A stretch of DNA of 64,000 nt, from the NCBI GenBank assembly GCA_963823665.1, contig CAWGMQ010000006.1, forward strand, positions 1,088,001 to 1,152,000. The letters run 5' to 3'. The position numbers and the translations under genes are program-made. The notes beneath the pieces are model-generated. The model ran no database searches, was not told the DNA's origin, and saw only the letters and a list, made by a program, of their open reading frames with translations. Below, one piece after another: positions 35,301-43,961 of the stretch; the first letter of the stretch is position 1, and every line of letters begins with the position of its first letter. Source of the DNA: an uncultured Planctomycetota bacterium. Its GTDB lineage: Bacteria; Planctomycetota; Planctomycetia; Isosphaerales; Isosphaeraceae.

Positions 35301-35980
35301 AGCGAAGAGCGCTCGCTTTGAACAACGCTCATCCAAGGTATCGTGAGTTCATGGCGAATCACCTAGGAGCCCTGATCGCAGCAAGCCGAGCGCTCGGCGA
35401 CTTCAAGAGCCTCGCTGAAGCGGAGCGCCAGCTTGTGGAGTTTCGCGAAACAGACCCCGCCATGGCCGCCTTCGATAGCCGCTTGAAAGCGGTTGTCAAA
35501 GGCGAGCAACGTCCGAAGGACGTCGGCGAACGACTCCAATTCGCTCAGCGGGCGTACGACTTAACACGATATGCCGCGGCAACACGATTGTGGCAGGAGG
35601 CGCTCGCGGTGGATCCGAAGCTCGCCGACGATCGCCGGGCGCAGCATCGCTACAACGCCGGGTGCGCCGCCGCGCTCGCGGGGTGCGGCAAGGGCAAGGA
35701 TGACCCTCTCCCTTCCGGTGACCAAAAAACCAAGCTTCGACAACAAGCTCTCGACTGGCTGACCGCCGAGTTCGGCGTCTGGGCGAAGTTGCTTGGAACG
35801 GTTAAGAAAGAACAGCGCGGCATCATCGTCAACACACTCGAACACTGGCAGCAGGATACCGACCTCGCTGGCATCCGCGATGACGGGGAACTGGCCAAAC
35901 TGCCCGAGGCCGAGCGTGCGGCGTTCCGCAAGCTTTGGGCCGATGTCGGTGTACTCCTCAAGCAGGCATCGCGACCTTGA
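32330..35980 (+). CDS. Ser/Thr protein kinase with transmembrane segment and 48-aa TPR-like repeats
   Basis: GGLGQV, ALKE, HRDLKPGN, DWGLAK and GTPAYMSPEQ motifs; hydrophobic segment SAAVMLLMAACAAALVAA; repeats spaced 144 bp (34244, 34388, 34532...). Confidence 0.93.
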   Translation: MPPVGASRNLLFGLLALQNNFIDRDALLDAFNRWVHDKVRPLGEILVDRGALAPDEFALLGALVAKHLEKFDNDPQKSLAALSSIGSARQDLSRVADQDVQASLGYVSAARHGREDESAQSPAPTVVGGSTSAGTRFVVLRPHAKGGLGQVFVARDTELNREVALKEIQAQFAFEPQFRSRFEFEAEVTGGLEHPGIVPVYGLGHLPDGRPFYAMRFIKGNNLQEAIARFHEAEKQPRRDPGRSSLDLRELLGRFIDVCDAIAYAHSRGVLHRDLKPGNIMLGKYGETLVVDWGLAKAVGQSEPESAMERPELPLKPTSGSALEGTLAGSAIGTPAYMSPEQAEGRMDLLGPRSDVYCLGATLYHLLTGRAPTNAEQGADVEQRALSGDIPRPRSINPGVALALEAICLKAMAAKPPNRYESVQTLKSDLERWLADEPVVAYPEPWSDRLARWGRKHQTLVTSAAVMLLMAACAAALVAAQRNSHARDIERKNVDLASANTALEAERKKATEGEQLAVDAVKRFRDAVIEEPQLKNNPVLLDLRKRLLKEPLAFFRSLRERLQAEHDTRTESLARLAEASYALGDLIYEIGDRRDAMIAFAESLAIREKLAGADLSVIEYQSDLARSHNAIGIALNESGKPADALKSFKAALAVQTKLADANPSVSKFQSDLALSHNNIGLLLSETGKPADALKSDRAALAIWTKLADASPSVSDFQRNLATSHNDIGILLMQTGKPADALKSYQAALAIQRTLADANPAVREFRSDLAGSYGNMGNLLKDTGRWADALKSYEAALAIETKLAGANPSVSDFQRVLATLHHNIGSLQIDAGKPSDAAKSYREALAIRAKLADASPSVNVFQRDLGRSHYNIGLVLRLTGKPADALKSYETALATQKKLADATPSVTEFQSDLARSHQESGMVLVSIGRTANALKSYQAALAIRRKLVREHPESAEFASDLGATFNNLALIDMNAKRFVPARDGLQNAVGYQRRALALNNAHPRYREFMANHLGALIAASRALGDFKSLAEAERQLVEFRETDPAMAAFDSRLKAVVKGEQRPKDVGERLQFAQRAYDLTRYAAATRLWQEALAVDPKLADDRRAQHRYNAGCAAALAGCGKGKDDPLPSGDQKTKLRQQALDWLTAEFGVWAKLLGTVKKEQRGIIVNTLEHWQQDTDLAGIRDDGELAKLPEAERAAFRKLWADVGVLLKQASRP

Positions 35981-35985
35981 ACGGG

Positions 35986-36037
35986 GAAGGTGTCAGGAAC
36001 CGGACGGGGAAAAGGTGTCAGAAAAGTGTCAGGATCC
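35986..36037. repeat. Cluster of short AA(G)GTGTCAG direct repeats after the kinase stop
   Basis: AAGGTGTCAGGAACC, AAGGTGTCAGAA and AAGTGTCAGGATCC within about 50 bp. Confidence 0.55.
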
Positions 36038-36289
36038 GAAAGCCTGATTTCCATCTGCCCACGCGCGCAGTGATTCGATCGCGACCCTGATTATTGGATG
36101 GCCGGCCCGCTCCCCGAATTGCCCTCGAGTGGGTCGCCGCCACGAGCACGCAGCCTTACCGACAGGCTTCCACGAGCGCACGTTCGATCGCGGTTGAAGT
36201 GACCGGAGGTGGTTCGTCCGTCGTCAAGCTGCGTTGGGCCGTTTACGCGCCGTCGCGCGACGTCGTGGCCGTCACGCCCAAAGAGCCCC

Positions 36290-36745
36290 TCACCTTCTCG
36301 CGGTCGCGTCACCCATGGGGGCGCTGCGGCTCCGAGCCTTCTCAGCTCCGCCTCGACTCTGGCGAGTTGGCGCGGTGGGGCAAAACCCAGCACCTTGATG
36401 ACATCACCTCGATCGTTTCGCGCCAGCCAGTTGCATTTGGCCACGTTGGGCTTGTTCAGGCCTGTCCTGGGGTGGTAGGGCATACGACGACCCCAGTTCG
36501 TTGCCCCATTCCGCAGGGACTGGATGCCGGTCGATCAGTTCATCGAGCTCCTTGTTACTTAGCGCCGTCTTCTCAATCTCGGCCCTGGCAACGGCTTCAT
36601 CGGCTTGGTTGCCCACCTTGGCCTGCAAGACCAAGCGACGGCCGTCAGGCATGACAGCGATCACGTCGAACAGCCGCTTGAGGTCCTCGACCAACTCTGA
36701 GAGCTCGTCGTGCTCAATAACCAGACGGGGCTGCTCGGGAATCAA
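36290..36745 (-). pseudogene. Collapsed toxin-antitoxin pair: antitoxin-like ORF running into the C-terminal half of a PemK/MazF-like toxin
   Basis: 36745-36500 encodes ...LSNKELDELIDRHPVPAEWGNE. Immediately after, in another frame, PYHPRTGLNKPNVAKCNWL...VIKVLGFAPPRQLARVEAEL resembles the PemK C-terminal TGL..S.A.C...IG.L region. The toxin N-terminus is missing. Confidence 0.5.
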
Positions 36746-36818
36746 GGTCCGAAATCGACCTCCTTATCGATGGAAGCCGTGGTTTGCACACGGCCGAAGT
36801 ACCGGTGGCCTCTTGCAC

Positions 36819-36868
36819 TTGACACCGATAGACGTGATGTCTATCATCCCACGTAGACATGATGTCAA
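36819..36868 (+). promoter_or_regulatory. Sigma70-type promoter overlapped by two BlaI-type operator palindromes
   Basis: TTGACA (36819-24), 17 bp, TATCAT (36842-47); GATAGAC-N5-GTCTATC (36827-45) and TAGAC-N5-GTCAA (36854-68), directly upstream of the repressor gene. Confidence 0.85.
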
Positions 36869-36880
36869 TGGAGTTCGCGA

Positions 36881-37255
36881 GTGGCCGTTCCCAAGGCATT
36901 TATCACCGACACCGAACTGGACCTCCTCAAGGTCTTGTGGGGCCATCAGCCCCTCACGGCCCGAGCGATCGCCGGTCGACTGTATGGGGAAGAAAACTCC
37001 TCCGCGATCGGGACGGTGCAAAAGCTGATTCAGCGGCTGGAAGAAAAAGAGCTTGTTGTGCGCGACCGCCGCGAGCCGGTGCACCGCTTCTCCACCCTCG
37101 TGACGCGCGAGGCGGTCGCCGGCATGCAGTTGCAGGTACTTGCGGAAAAGCTCTCGGACGGGTCACTCTCGCCGTTCATCATGCACCTGGTGCAGGCCGA
37201 GCACTTGAGCAAAAAAGAGAAGCAAGCGCTGCTGCGTCTGCTGCGGAACCAATAA
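36881..37255 (+). CDS. BlaI/MecI/CopY family transcriptional repressor
   Basis: ITDTELDLLKVLW, TVQKLIQRLEEKELV and LSDGSLSPFIMHLV..LSKKE pattern; 12 bp upstream of an M56 gene. Confidence 0.92.
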   Translation: MAVPKAFITDTELDLLKVLWGHQPLTARAIAGRLYGEENSSAIGTVQKLIQRLEEKELVVRDRREPVHRFSTLVTREAVAGMQLQVLAEKLSDGSLSPFIMHLVQAEHLSKKEKQALLRLLRNQ

Positions 37256-37267
37256 GAAAACACGATC

Positions 37268-39091
37268 ATGGACAGCTTCCTGAGCACCATCGTCTCAAAT
37301 ACGGCCTTCGCGGGCGCGCTAGCCCTTGTCGCGTTCGGCGTGCAAAGAACCGGACGAAGCCCTCAGCTAGCCCACGCACTTTGGCTTATGGTCCTCCTCA
37401 AACTGGTCACGCCTCCGGTGTTTCATGTTGCTCTACCGGTCAGGTTCGGGTTGTCGGTCAGTGGAGTGGCAGACCGCGGTTCGCCCGAAAACATGGACGG
37501 CTCAAAGACGTCAGTCGTCGCCGAACGGATGCTGCCGCCGATAACGTCGCCGTCGAAACCAGCCCGTCGCGACGGCAAGCCGATTCCTGCCGCCGACCTA
37601 GCGACGGGGGGGCCTGCCGAGATGAGAGCGGAGACAATGTCCCCCGCCCCGCCCGGCGCATCCGCCGTCTCACGCTTGGCGACTGTGCGCGCGGGCCGGT
37701 GGCAAGTTTTGCTGTGTGCCGTCTGGGCGGGCGGCGTAATCGTTGGCCTGGCGATCCTTTTCAGGCGGCTGGGTCAGTTCCACAGACTCTTGATCGAAGC
37801 CGTGGACGGGGATGTCACCCTAACTGACGACGTTCGAGCGTTGGCGAGACGGTTGGGAATGCGGAACTGCCCGTCGATTCGGATTCTTGACGCGCACGTT
37901 CCACCGCTTGTGTTTGCGGCGTGGCGCAGTGTGATTTTTCTGATCCCCGCACGGCTGCTTTTGGGGCTGGATCGCAAGCAATTGCACGCAGTCCTGGTCC
38001 ACGAACTGGCACACATCCGCCGCCGCGACCATCTGACGCGATGGTTCGAAATATTCGTTCGAGGAATCTTCTGGTGGCATCCGCTGGCCTGGTGGGGCAG
38101 CCGTCAGCTTCGACAGGCGGAAGAGGAGTGTTGTGATGCGTGGGTCGTGTGGGCCCTGCCCAATAGCCGGAGAAGCTACGGCGAAGCGTTGTTATGGACG
38201 ATTGAATTCCTCGCCGAGCGCCGCCTCTTTTCGGTCGTTGCCGGAACGGCGCTCGGCGGTTCCCACGTCAAACGGAGAATCGAGATGATCATGAACCAGC
38301 AATTGAGTCGCCGGATGTCATGGGGCGCGCTAATCGCCTTGGTTGTTGTGAGCGCCAGCATGTTGCCGGTCGCGGCACGCACAGGCGCCAACGAAGTGCA
38401 AGGCGCCATTCAAGAGCGCGGCAACGATTCCGTCCCGAAGCCATCCAAGGAGTTCGCGGATGTACTTTCGCAAGCGGTGCCCGAGAAGCGCGACCTCGAA
38501 GCCCGGGTCGAGCAATTGGAGCTGCTCGTGCAGGAATTGTCGAAGATAGTCAATCGTCCGGCCCCTGATTCCAACAAACAGGGACAGATCGAACGCGACG
38601 TGCTGACCGCTCCAAGCACGAAGGACGCAAAAATGCGCCTGTTCGAATCCGATCGGAACCCCGGACGCCTGTTTCCTATGCGTACTCCAGAAAAGGAGGA
38701 AGACCGGCAGCTCAAGGACATTCTTATCGCTCTGGAAAAGGAATTTTGGGACGCCGCCGGCAAGGGGGATTGGAGGGTGTATGAGAAACTGCTAGACGAT
38801 GAACTTTTCAGTTTCTCCGTGACTTCGTCCGGCTCCGCACGTGCGTACAAGGCAACCAGCGTCGCGGCCGTGAAGCGTCGGCATTTCTTCGATGTGCACA
38901 TACGGGATGAAATAGCCAAACGGATCGCCAAGGGCACAGCGGTTCTCACGTACATCTACAGTTGCAAGGTCGAGGAAGCGGGGCACGTTCAAACCTATCG
39001 GGACCACCAGGCAACGCGAGTGTGGACACAGAAGGATGGCCGTTGGGTCCTCAGCTTTTCCGAGGATTTCATCTTGCCCGGAGGAGAATAG
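37268..39091 (+). CDS. BlaR1-like M56 metallopeptidase with C-terminal NTF2-like (DUF4440-type) domain
   Basis: LWLMVLLKLVTPP, HELAHIRRRD, FWWHPLAW, EEECCD and KRRIEMI motifs; C-terminal LEKEFWDA..GD..LLDD..TAVLTY..TRVW..DGRW. Confidence 0.9.
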   Translation: MDSFLSTIVSNTAFAGALALVAFGVQRTGRSPQLAHALWLMVLLKLVTPPVFHVALPVRFGLSVSGVADRGSPENMDGSKTSVVAERMLPPITSPSKPARRDGKPIPAADLATGGPAEMRAETMSPAPPGASAVSRLATVRAGRWQVLLCAVWAGGVIVGLAILFRRLGQFHRLLIEAVDGDVTLTDDVRALARRLGMRNCPSIRILDAHVPPLVFAAWRSVIFLIPARLLLGLDRKQLHAVLVHELAHIRRRDHLTRWFEIFVRGIFWWHPLAWWGSRQLRQAEEECCDAWVVWALPNSRRSYGEALLWTIEFLAERRLFSVVAGTALGGSHVKRRIEMIMNQQLSRRMSWGALIALVVVSASMLPVAARTGANEVQGAIQERGNDSVPKPSKEFADVLSQAVPEKRDLEARVEQLELLVQELSKIVNRPAPDSNKQGQIERDVLTAPSTKDAKMRLFESDRNPGRLFPMRTPEKEEDRQLKDILIALEKEFWDAAGKGDWRVYEKLLDDELFSFSVTSSGSARAYKATSVAAVKRRHFFDVHIRDEIAKRIAKGTAVLTYIYSCKVEEAGHVQTYRDHQATRVWTQKDGRWVLSFSEDFILPGGE

Positions 39092-39096
39092 GGAAG

Positions 39097-39228
39097 CAAG
39101 ACACCCACCCACCCTTTCGTCGGGAATCAAAGATGAAACCGTGCGGGGAAAGGCGCAGCCGGACACGCATTCTCTCCGAGTGATCCATCCATGGCTGCCT
39201 CAAACTCGCCAAAACGCTGGGTGTCTTG
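39097..39228. repeat. 132-bp element bounded by 11-bp inverted repeats (MITE/REPIN-like)
   Basis: CAAGACACCCA (39097-107) and TGGGTGTCTTG (39218-228) are exact reverse complements. Confidence 0.5.
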
Positions 39229-39240
39229 AATCCCCCCGCG

Positions 39241-39680
39241 ATCCGCGACCTGATGGAGCGGTACGTCGACCGGTTGCCCGGGCGCGAGTCGAGGAGAAGG
39301 AGTTCGCGATCGCCTGGCACTATCGCCAAGCCGAGCCCGACCTGGCGGCGCTGCGAGCGCAGGAGCTGAGCGACCACCTGATCGACCTGACCGAGACAAG
39401 CGAGCTGCGGGTCATGCAGGGGCACAAGGTCGTGGAGGTCGGGCCAGCCGGGACGAGCAATGGGACGGCCTGCCAGGCGTTTCTGTCCCGGGACTACGAC
39501 TTCGTGCTGGGCGTGGGGGACGACTCCACGGACGAAGACCTGTTCCAGGTCCTGCCGCCATCGGCCTACTCCATCCGCGTCGGCCTGACACAATCCTACG
39601 CCCGCTACAACGTCGCGGACCAGGCCGAGATCCTCGGCCTGGTCGAGTCCCTTGCCGCCTCCCCACTCGATGCGCCGTGA
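39241..39680 (+). pseudogene. C-terminal fragment of a trehalose-6-phosphate phosphatase (OtsB-type HAD domain)
   Basis: IRDLMERYVDRLPG / VEEKEFAIAWHYRQA, GHKVVEV, GDDSTDEDLF and SIRVG..S.ARY motifs. The N-terminal DxD motif is absent and there is a frameshift near 39285. Confidence 0.8.
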
Positions 39681-40076
39681 CCCGACTGACGTAACGATGT
39701 GCGTAGGGATCACCCCGCACAAGATTGGGACGCAGTTATTCGAGGCACGATACCCGAGCCAGTCTGGCAGGGTTCAAGAGTGCGTCGGCGTGTCGGTCCG
39801 GAGCGATCCTCGGGTCGGTCTGGCGCGATCGCTCGGTGCGAAGCCCGTTCCTTGACACCGGCCGTCGCATGGGTCAACCTCGGATCTGTTACGGTGACCG
39901 TGCTGACTACTGGACGTCGAATTCTTGTTCGGCGGCTCGACTTAACGGACCTTGCTTCGAACATGGCCATCAATGCGATCGGCCAAGCTTCAGTGAAGAC
40001 GGCTGACGTTGGCACGACGCGCGCTGGGCCTCGCGGATTAACTCTTTGATTCGACAACTCTCCAAGGGACAATGCG

Positions 40077-40472
40077 ATGGAGAACCAGCCTGAAAACCAT
40101 CACGGAACACCCAAGGCGTTGCAGGTAATCGGAAAGGTCGCCTGGGTGATTATTTGGCTCACCATGCTCATTTGGGGCTTCTGTGGTGTGAATTTCGTTG
40201 CGGTTGGCATCATTTCATTCCTTGTTGATTTAGGTGAATGGGGGCCCAGGATAAACGGCGGCTTGGTGCAGACGATCATGGGAAAGATTGTGTTTGCCGC
40301 AATTGGCATCACGTTGGGAATGACCAGCGTCGGCTTTTTCTGGCTGGGTTACCGAAAGCGAAATGGCGCCGCCGTGATTTTCTTTGCGGTTGCCCTGGTC
40401 GGCTATTTTGCAGTTGGATGGACTACAGGCGTCCATAGCGTTAGCGGTGGCGTCGGCGGAGCTGGCTATTAA
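40077..40472 (+). CDS. Small membrane protein with about three transmembrane helices
   Basis: 131-aa ORF with three hydrophobic stretches, lower GC, purine-rich sequence before the ATG. Confidence 0.65.
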   Translation: MENQPENHHGTPKALQVIGKVAWVIIWLTMLIWGFCGVNFVAVGIISFLVDLGEWGPRINGGLVQTIMGKIVFAAIGITLGMTSVGFFWLGYRKRNGAAVIFFAVALVGYFAVGWTTGVHSVSGGVGGAGY

Positions 40473-40634
40473 ATCTCGGAACGGAGCGAACAGCGGGCGA
40501 AGCGGCGGCGGCGAGCTCTCGTGTTGCGAAGTGTCACGCGCAGCTTGAGCCCCTAACTCTGTCCCGTTGAAGCGTTTGCCCGTTATCGTGGGATAATCTC
40601 TGTTAGCCTTGACCGGCCTTAGCGGAGAGTCACC

Positions 40635-41048
40635 ATGGCCTCGAAGGAAGAAGTTGTTGCATTCATTACCGCCGAGCTTCCGCAGACCAAGTGCGTTGTC
40701 CAGGAGGTTGGCAATCGCGGATCCACGGTGTCCCACGAAATCGGTCCCAGCGAATTGCGACCTGGAGGAACGGTGGCAGGCCCGGTGCTCATGACGGTCG
40801 CAGACGTGGCGCTCTACGTTGCCATCCTCGGCGAAATCGGAATCGTCCCGCTGGCCGTAACCACGAGCCTGACAATTAATTTTCTGCGTAAGCCCGTCGC
40901 GACCAATCCCATCATCGGCGTGTGCAAGTTGTTGAAGCTTGGCAAGTCGTTGGCCGTCGGCGAAGTTTCGCTCTACTCGGAAAACGACTGCGAGCCCGTG
41001 GCTCACGTGGTGGGAACATACTCCATTCCACCGCGTGTCACATCTTGA
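40635..41048 (+). CDS. PaaI/hotdog-fold thioesterase family protein
   Basis: LRPGGTVAGPVLMTVADVALY, AVTTSLTINFLRKP and LKLGKSLAVGEV motifs; GGAG ribosome-binding site. Confidence 0.9.
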   Translation: MASKEEVVAFITAELPQTKCVVQEVGNRGSTVSHEIGPSELRPGGTVAGPVLMTVADVALYVAILGEIGIVPLAVTTSLTINFLRKPVATNPIIGVCKLLKLGKSLAVGEVSLYSENDCEPVAHVVGTYSIPPRVTS

Positions 41049-41079
41049 ATGGCCGCACAATCCCCAGAGCGGGCGCGAC

Positions 41080-41593
41080 CATCGATGACGACTTCCGCGA
41101 GTACTCGCACTTCCACGTGAACAAGGCGACCGAGCTGCTCCAGCCCCTGCACACGCCGGGGCAGGACCCGCTGCCCGACTTCTCCCAGGCGACCCGCCAG
41201 CCGTTCGAGCCCCAAGCCCACGTGATCGCGGCTGCCGTCAAGATGCTCGACGAGACGCGCCGCGGCATGCTCGTGGCGGAGCCCGGTTCGGGGAAGACGC
41301 TGATGGGCGTGCTGACCATCCACCAGCACGCCGAGCGATCGGTCCGCAAGGGCGGTTGCAACGGGAACTACAGGGCGAGCGTGCTCTGCCCGGATCATCT
41401 CCGCAAGAAATGGAAATCGGAGCTGGAGGAGACGATTCCCGGCGTGAAGGTGACGCTCGTCGATGTCGCCGATAAGGGGTGCAAGTACCTGATCTCGGAC
41501 ATGACCCTGCTGCACGACCGCTTAAAGGGCCCCAGAGGCCGGTGGAGGAAGCCGGAGGGAGCGGAGTGGTATCTCCGTCGGCCTCGCGTCTGA
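41080..41593 (+). pseudogene. N-terminal fragment of an SF2 (SNF2/DEAD-like) helicase
   Basis: RQPFEPQ (Q-motif-like), Walker A AEPGSGKT and motif Ia LCPDHLRKKW; ends before any DExx Walker B. Confidence 0.7.
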
Positions 41594-42261
41594 GCATTTG
41601 GGAACGCCGGTTTCTGGCAGAATCCGTGCTCGGACCTTTCCCGTTTATTCATTGCGATCGTGCTGATCGTTGTCGTCGCTCTGACCCGCAGGAGAAATCC
41701 AGATTTCCTGATCGACAAATAAGCCAATCCACGAAATTCGTCATATAATCTGTTTATCTGAGTCTCGATCGCTGACACCGGAGTCGGCGCGGGGCAACAA
41801 CAACCACCTCGTTCTCTTCGTCCTCATCTTTTTTTCTTCTTCTCTCTCGCCCTCTGGAACCGGGGAGTGATTCATTTGTTCATTCTTGCGCATGCTGAGC
41901 GACCTGCGCGCGTGCTCACCCGCCCCTTGCAGCGGGAACGAAGGGTCGGATTGCGTCTGGAATGGGCGATCGTGGGGCGACGGTATTCCTTGGGGTTTTG
42001 AGCGGAGACGGGCGCGGGACGACCCTGGCCAGCGCTGAGGATGAGTTTTTGCCCGGCGGACCGAGCGATCGTCGAGCGGGATTGGTGACGTTATCCTCTT
42101 TGCTTCTAAGCACTTCCATGCTGGCGAAGGGTGTGTCTGCCAGCCGTCGGACGAAGCCCGAGACCGCAATCGAAATGAGACTGTTTTTGGGCTCTGGAGT
42201 CCCATTTAACGGGTCGAGCCGCGTACGGCCCCCTCACGGCCCGTGAACTTGGGTCGAGTAA

Positions 42262-42415
42262 GGTCTGGCTTGGTTTACCTCATTATGTCGACGTTGCCAT
42301 ATGGCGACGCGCGTCAGTGGCCGTTGGCACGTTGGTGCTCTTAGCCCGACATTTAGCATGGTCCGAGAGGCTTCGACCTTGTCATTGGTGACTTGCCATG
42401 CCGGGTTTTTCCGGC
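42262..42415 (+). ncRNA. Putative IS110 bridge RNA
   Basis: Nested stems in the left non-coding end: TCTGGCTTGGT/GCCATGCCGGG, TTACC/GGTGA, ATGTCG(42285-90)/CGACAT(42347-52), CGTTGCC-ATAT-GGCGACG and GGTC..GACC. Loop segments partly match the flank and donor sequences. Confidence 0.65.
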
Positions 42416-42518
42416 GTGGTATTGATCCCGTTGGGGAGACTATTTCGTTCCCGATACCCCTCTTGGCTCGCGGCGCCTTGTCGTTTCACCACACCTACCC
42501 GCGAAGCGGAGAGATCCC

Positions 42519-43961
42519 ATGCTTGTCCCCCACGAAGAGCCGAAGAAGCCACGCAAGCCCAAGAAGCCGAGCAAACCCAAGGAGCCGACCAACAAGCCGC
42601 GGGTCAGGTCGCTTCCCGTCCCCGTCCCCGCCTCCTCTGCACCGCTCAGTGTCGTGAATCCAGACGCAGCCGGAGTTGATGTTCATTCCGACATGCATAT
42701 GGTCTGCGTTCCCGCTGACCGCGACGTTGACCCAGTCCGCCAGTTCGGTGCCAACACCGCCGATCTTCAGGAGATCGCCGTGTGGTTAAAGAAATGCGGC
42801 GTAAAAACCGTCGCGTTGGAATCCACCGGCATTTACTGGATTCCTCTGTTCGAGCTCCTCGAATCCCAGGGCTTCGAGGTTATGCTGGTCGAACCGGGAC
42901 AGCTTTCGCGTTGTGGCGCACGCCCCAAGACGGACGTACTCGACGCGCAGTGGATCCAGCGGTTGCACTCCTACGGCCTCTTACGTGGGTCGTTCCGACC
43001 TCCGGACTCCGTGTTGGCCCTGCGCGCCTACTCCCGGCAACGGCAGATGCTGGTGCGTTACGCCGCTGCTCATGTCCAACACATGCAGAAGGCCTTGGAG
43101 CAGATGAACGTCAAACTGACGGAAGTCATGAGCGACATCACGGGACTGACGGGCATTTCGATCATCGACGCCATTCTGCGAGGCCAACGCAATCCCAAGA
43201 AGCTGGCCAAACTGCGGCATGGGCGCTGTAATCACAGCGAGGAGCAGATTGCCCTAGCGTTGGAAGGGACATGGCGGCCCGAACATCTCTTCGAGCTGCG
43301 GCAGGCGCGCGAGCTGTACCAGTTCCATCATGGGCAGATCACCGAGTGTGACCAGCAGATTGAAGCCGAACTGGCCAAATTCGAAAACCGGGCGGGAGAG
43401 AAGACACAAACTGGTAAGCCACGCACGCGTGGTCGCAAAAGCAACGATGCCCGATTCGAGGCGACGGGCCCGTTGTTCCAGGCATTGGGTGTAGACCTGA
43501 CAAAAATCGAGGGAATCGGCGTGGGAACGGCCCTGATCATTCTGGCCGAAATCGGTGTGGACGTCAGTCGGTTTCCCACGGAGAAGCACTTCGCAAGTTG
43601 GCTGCGTCTTTGTCCTTCCCAGGATGAGAGCAATAAGACCAAAAGACGTCGCGGTCATCGCCAAGGGAAGAACCGAGTCGCTATCGCCCTACGGATGGCC
43701 GCGCAGTCAGCAGGCAAGACGATGACACCCTTGGGCATGTACTACCGACGGATCAAAAGTCGGATCGGTGGACTTGGAGCCGTCAAGGCGACTGCACACA
43801 AGCTGGCCTGTTTGGTCTACAGGATGCTCAAGTACGGCGAAGAGTATGTGACCCAGTCGATGGAGGAGTACGAGGCCAAGATCAAAGCCAATCTGGTGAG
43901 AGCACTCCAGCGGAAGGCGGCGGCGATGGGCTTCCAGCTCAGTCCGATAGCAACGCTATAG
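42519..43961 (+). CDS. IS110 family transposase/recombinase (DEDD RuvC-like plus Tnp domain)
   Basis: AAGVDVH, ALESTGIYW, KTDVLDAQW, IEGIGVGTALIILAEIG, FASWLRLCPSQDES and ATAHKLA motifs; intact 480-aa ORF. Confidence 0.96.
   Translation: MLVPHEEPKKPRKPKKPSKPKEPTNKPRVRSLPVPVPASSAPLSVVNPDAAGVDVHSDMHMVCVPADRDVDPVRQFGANTADLQEIAVWLKKCGVKTVALESTGIYWIPLFELLESQGFEVMLVEPGQLSRCGARPKTDVLDAQWIQRLHSYGLLRGSFRPPDSVLALRAYSRQRQMLVRYAAAHVQHMQKALEQMNVKLTEVMSDITGLTGISIIDAILRGQRNPKKLAKLRHGRCNHSEEQIALALEGTWRPEHLFELRQARELYQFHHGQITECDQQIEAELAKFENRAGEKTQTGKPRTRGRKSNDARFEATGPLFQALGVDLTKIEGIGVGTALIILAEIGVDVSRFPTEKHFASWLRLCPSQDESNKTKRRRGHRQGKNRVAIALRMAAQSAGKTMTPLGMYYRRIKSRIGGLGAVKATAHKLACLVYRMLKYGEEYVTQSMEEYEAKIKANLVRALQRKAAAMGFQLSPIATL

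Noticed and set aside
39700..40072. Overlapping short ORFs on both strands
   Set aside because: No motif, RBS or coding-like composition that I can support
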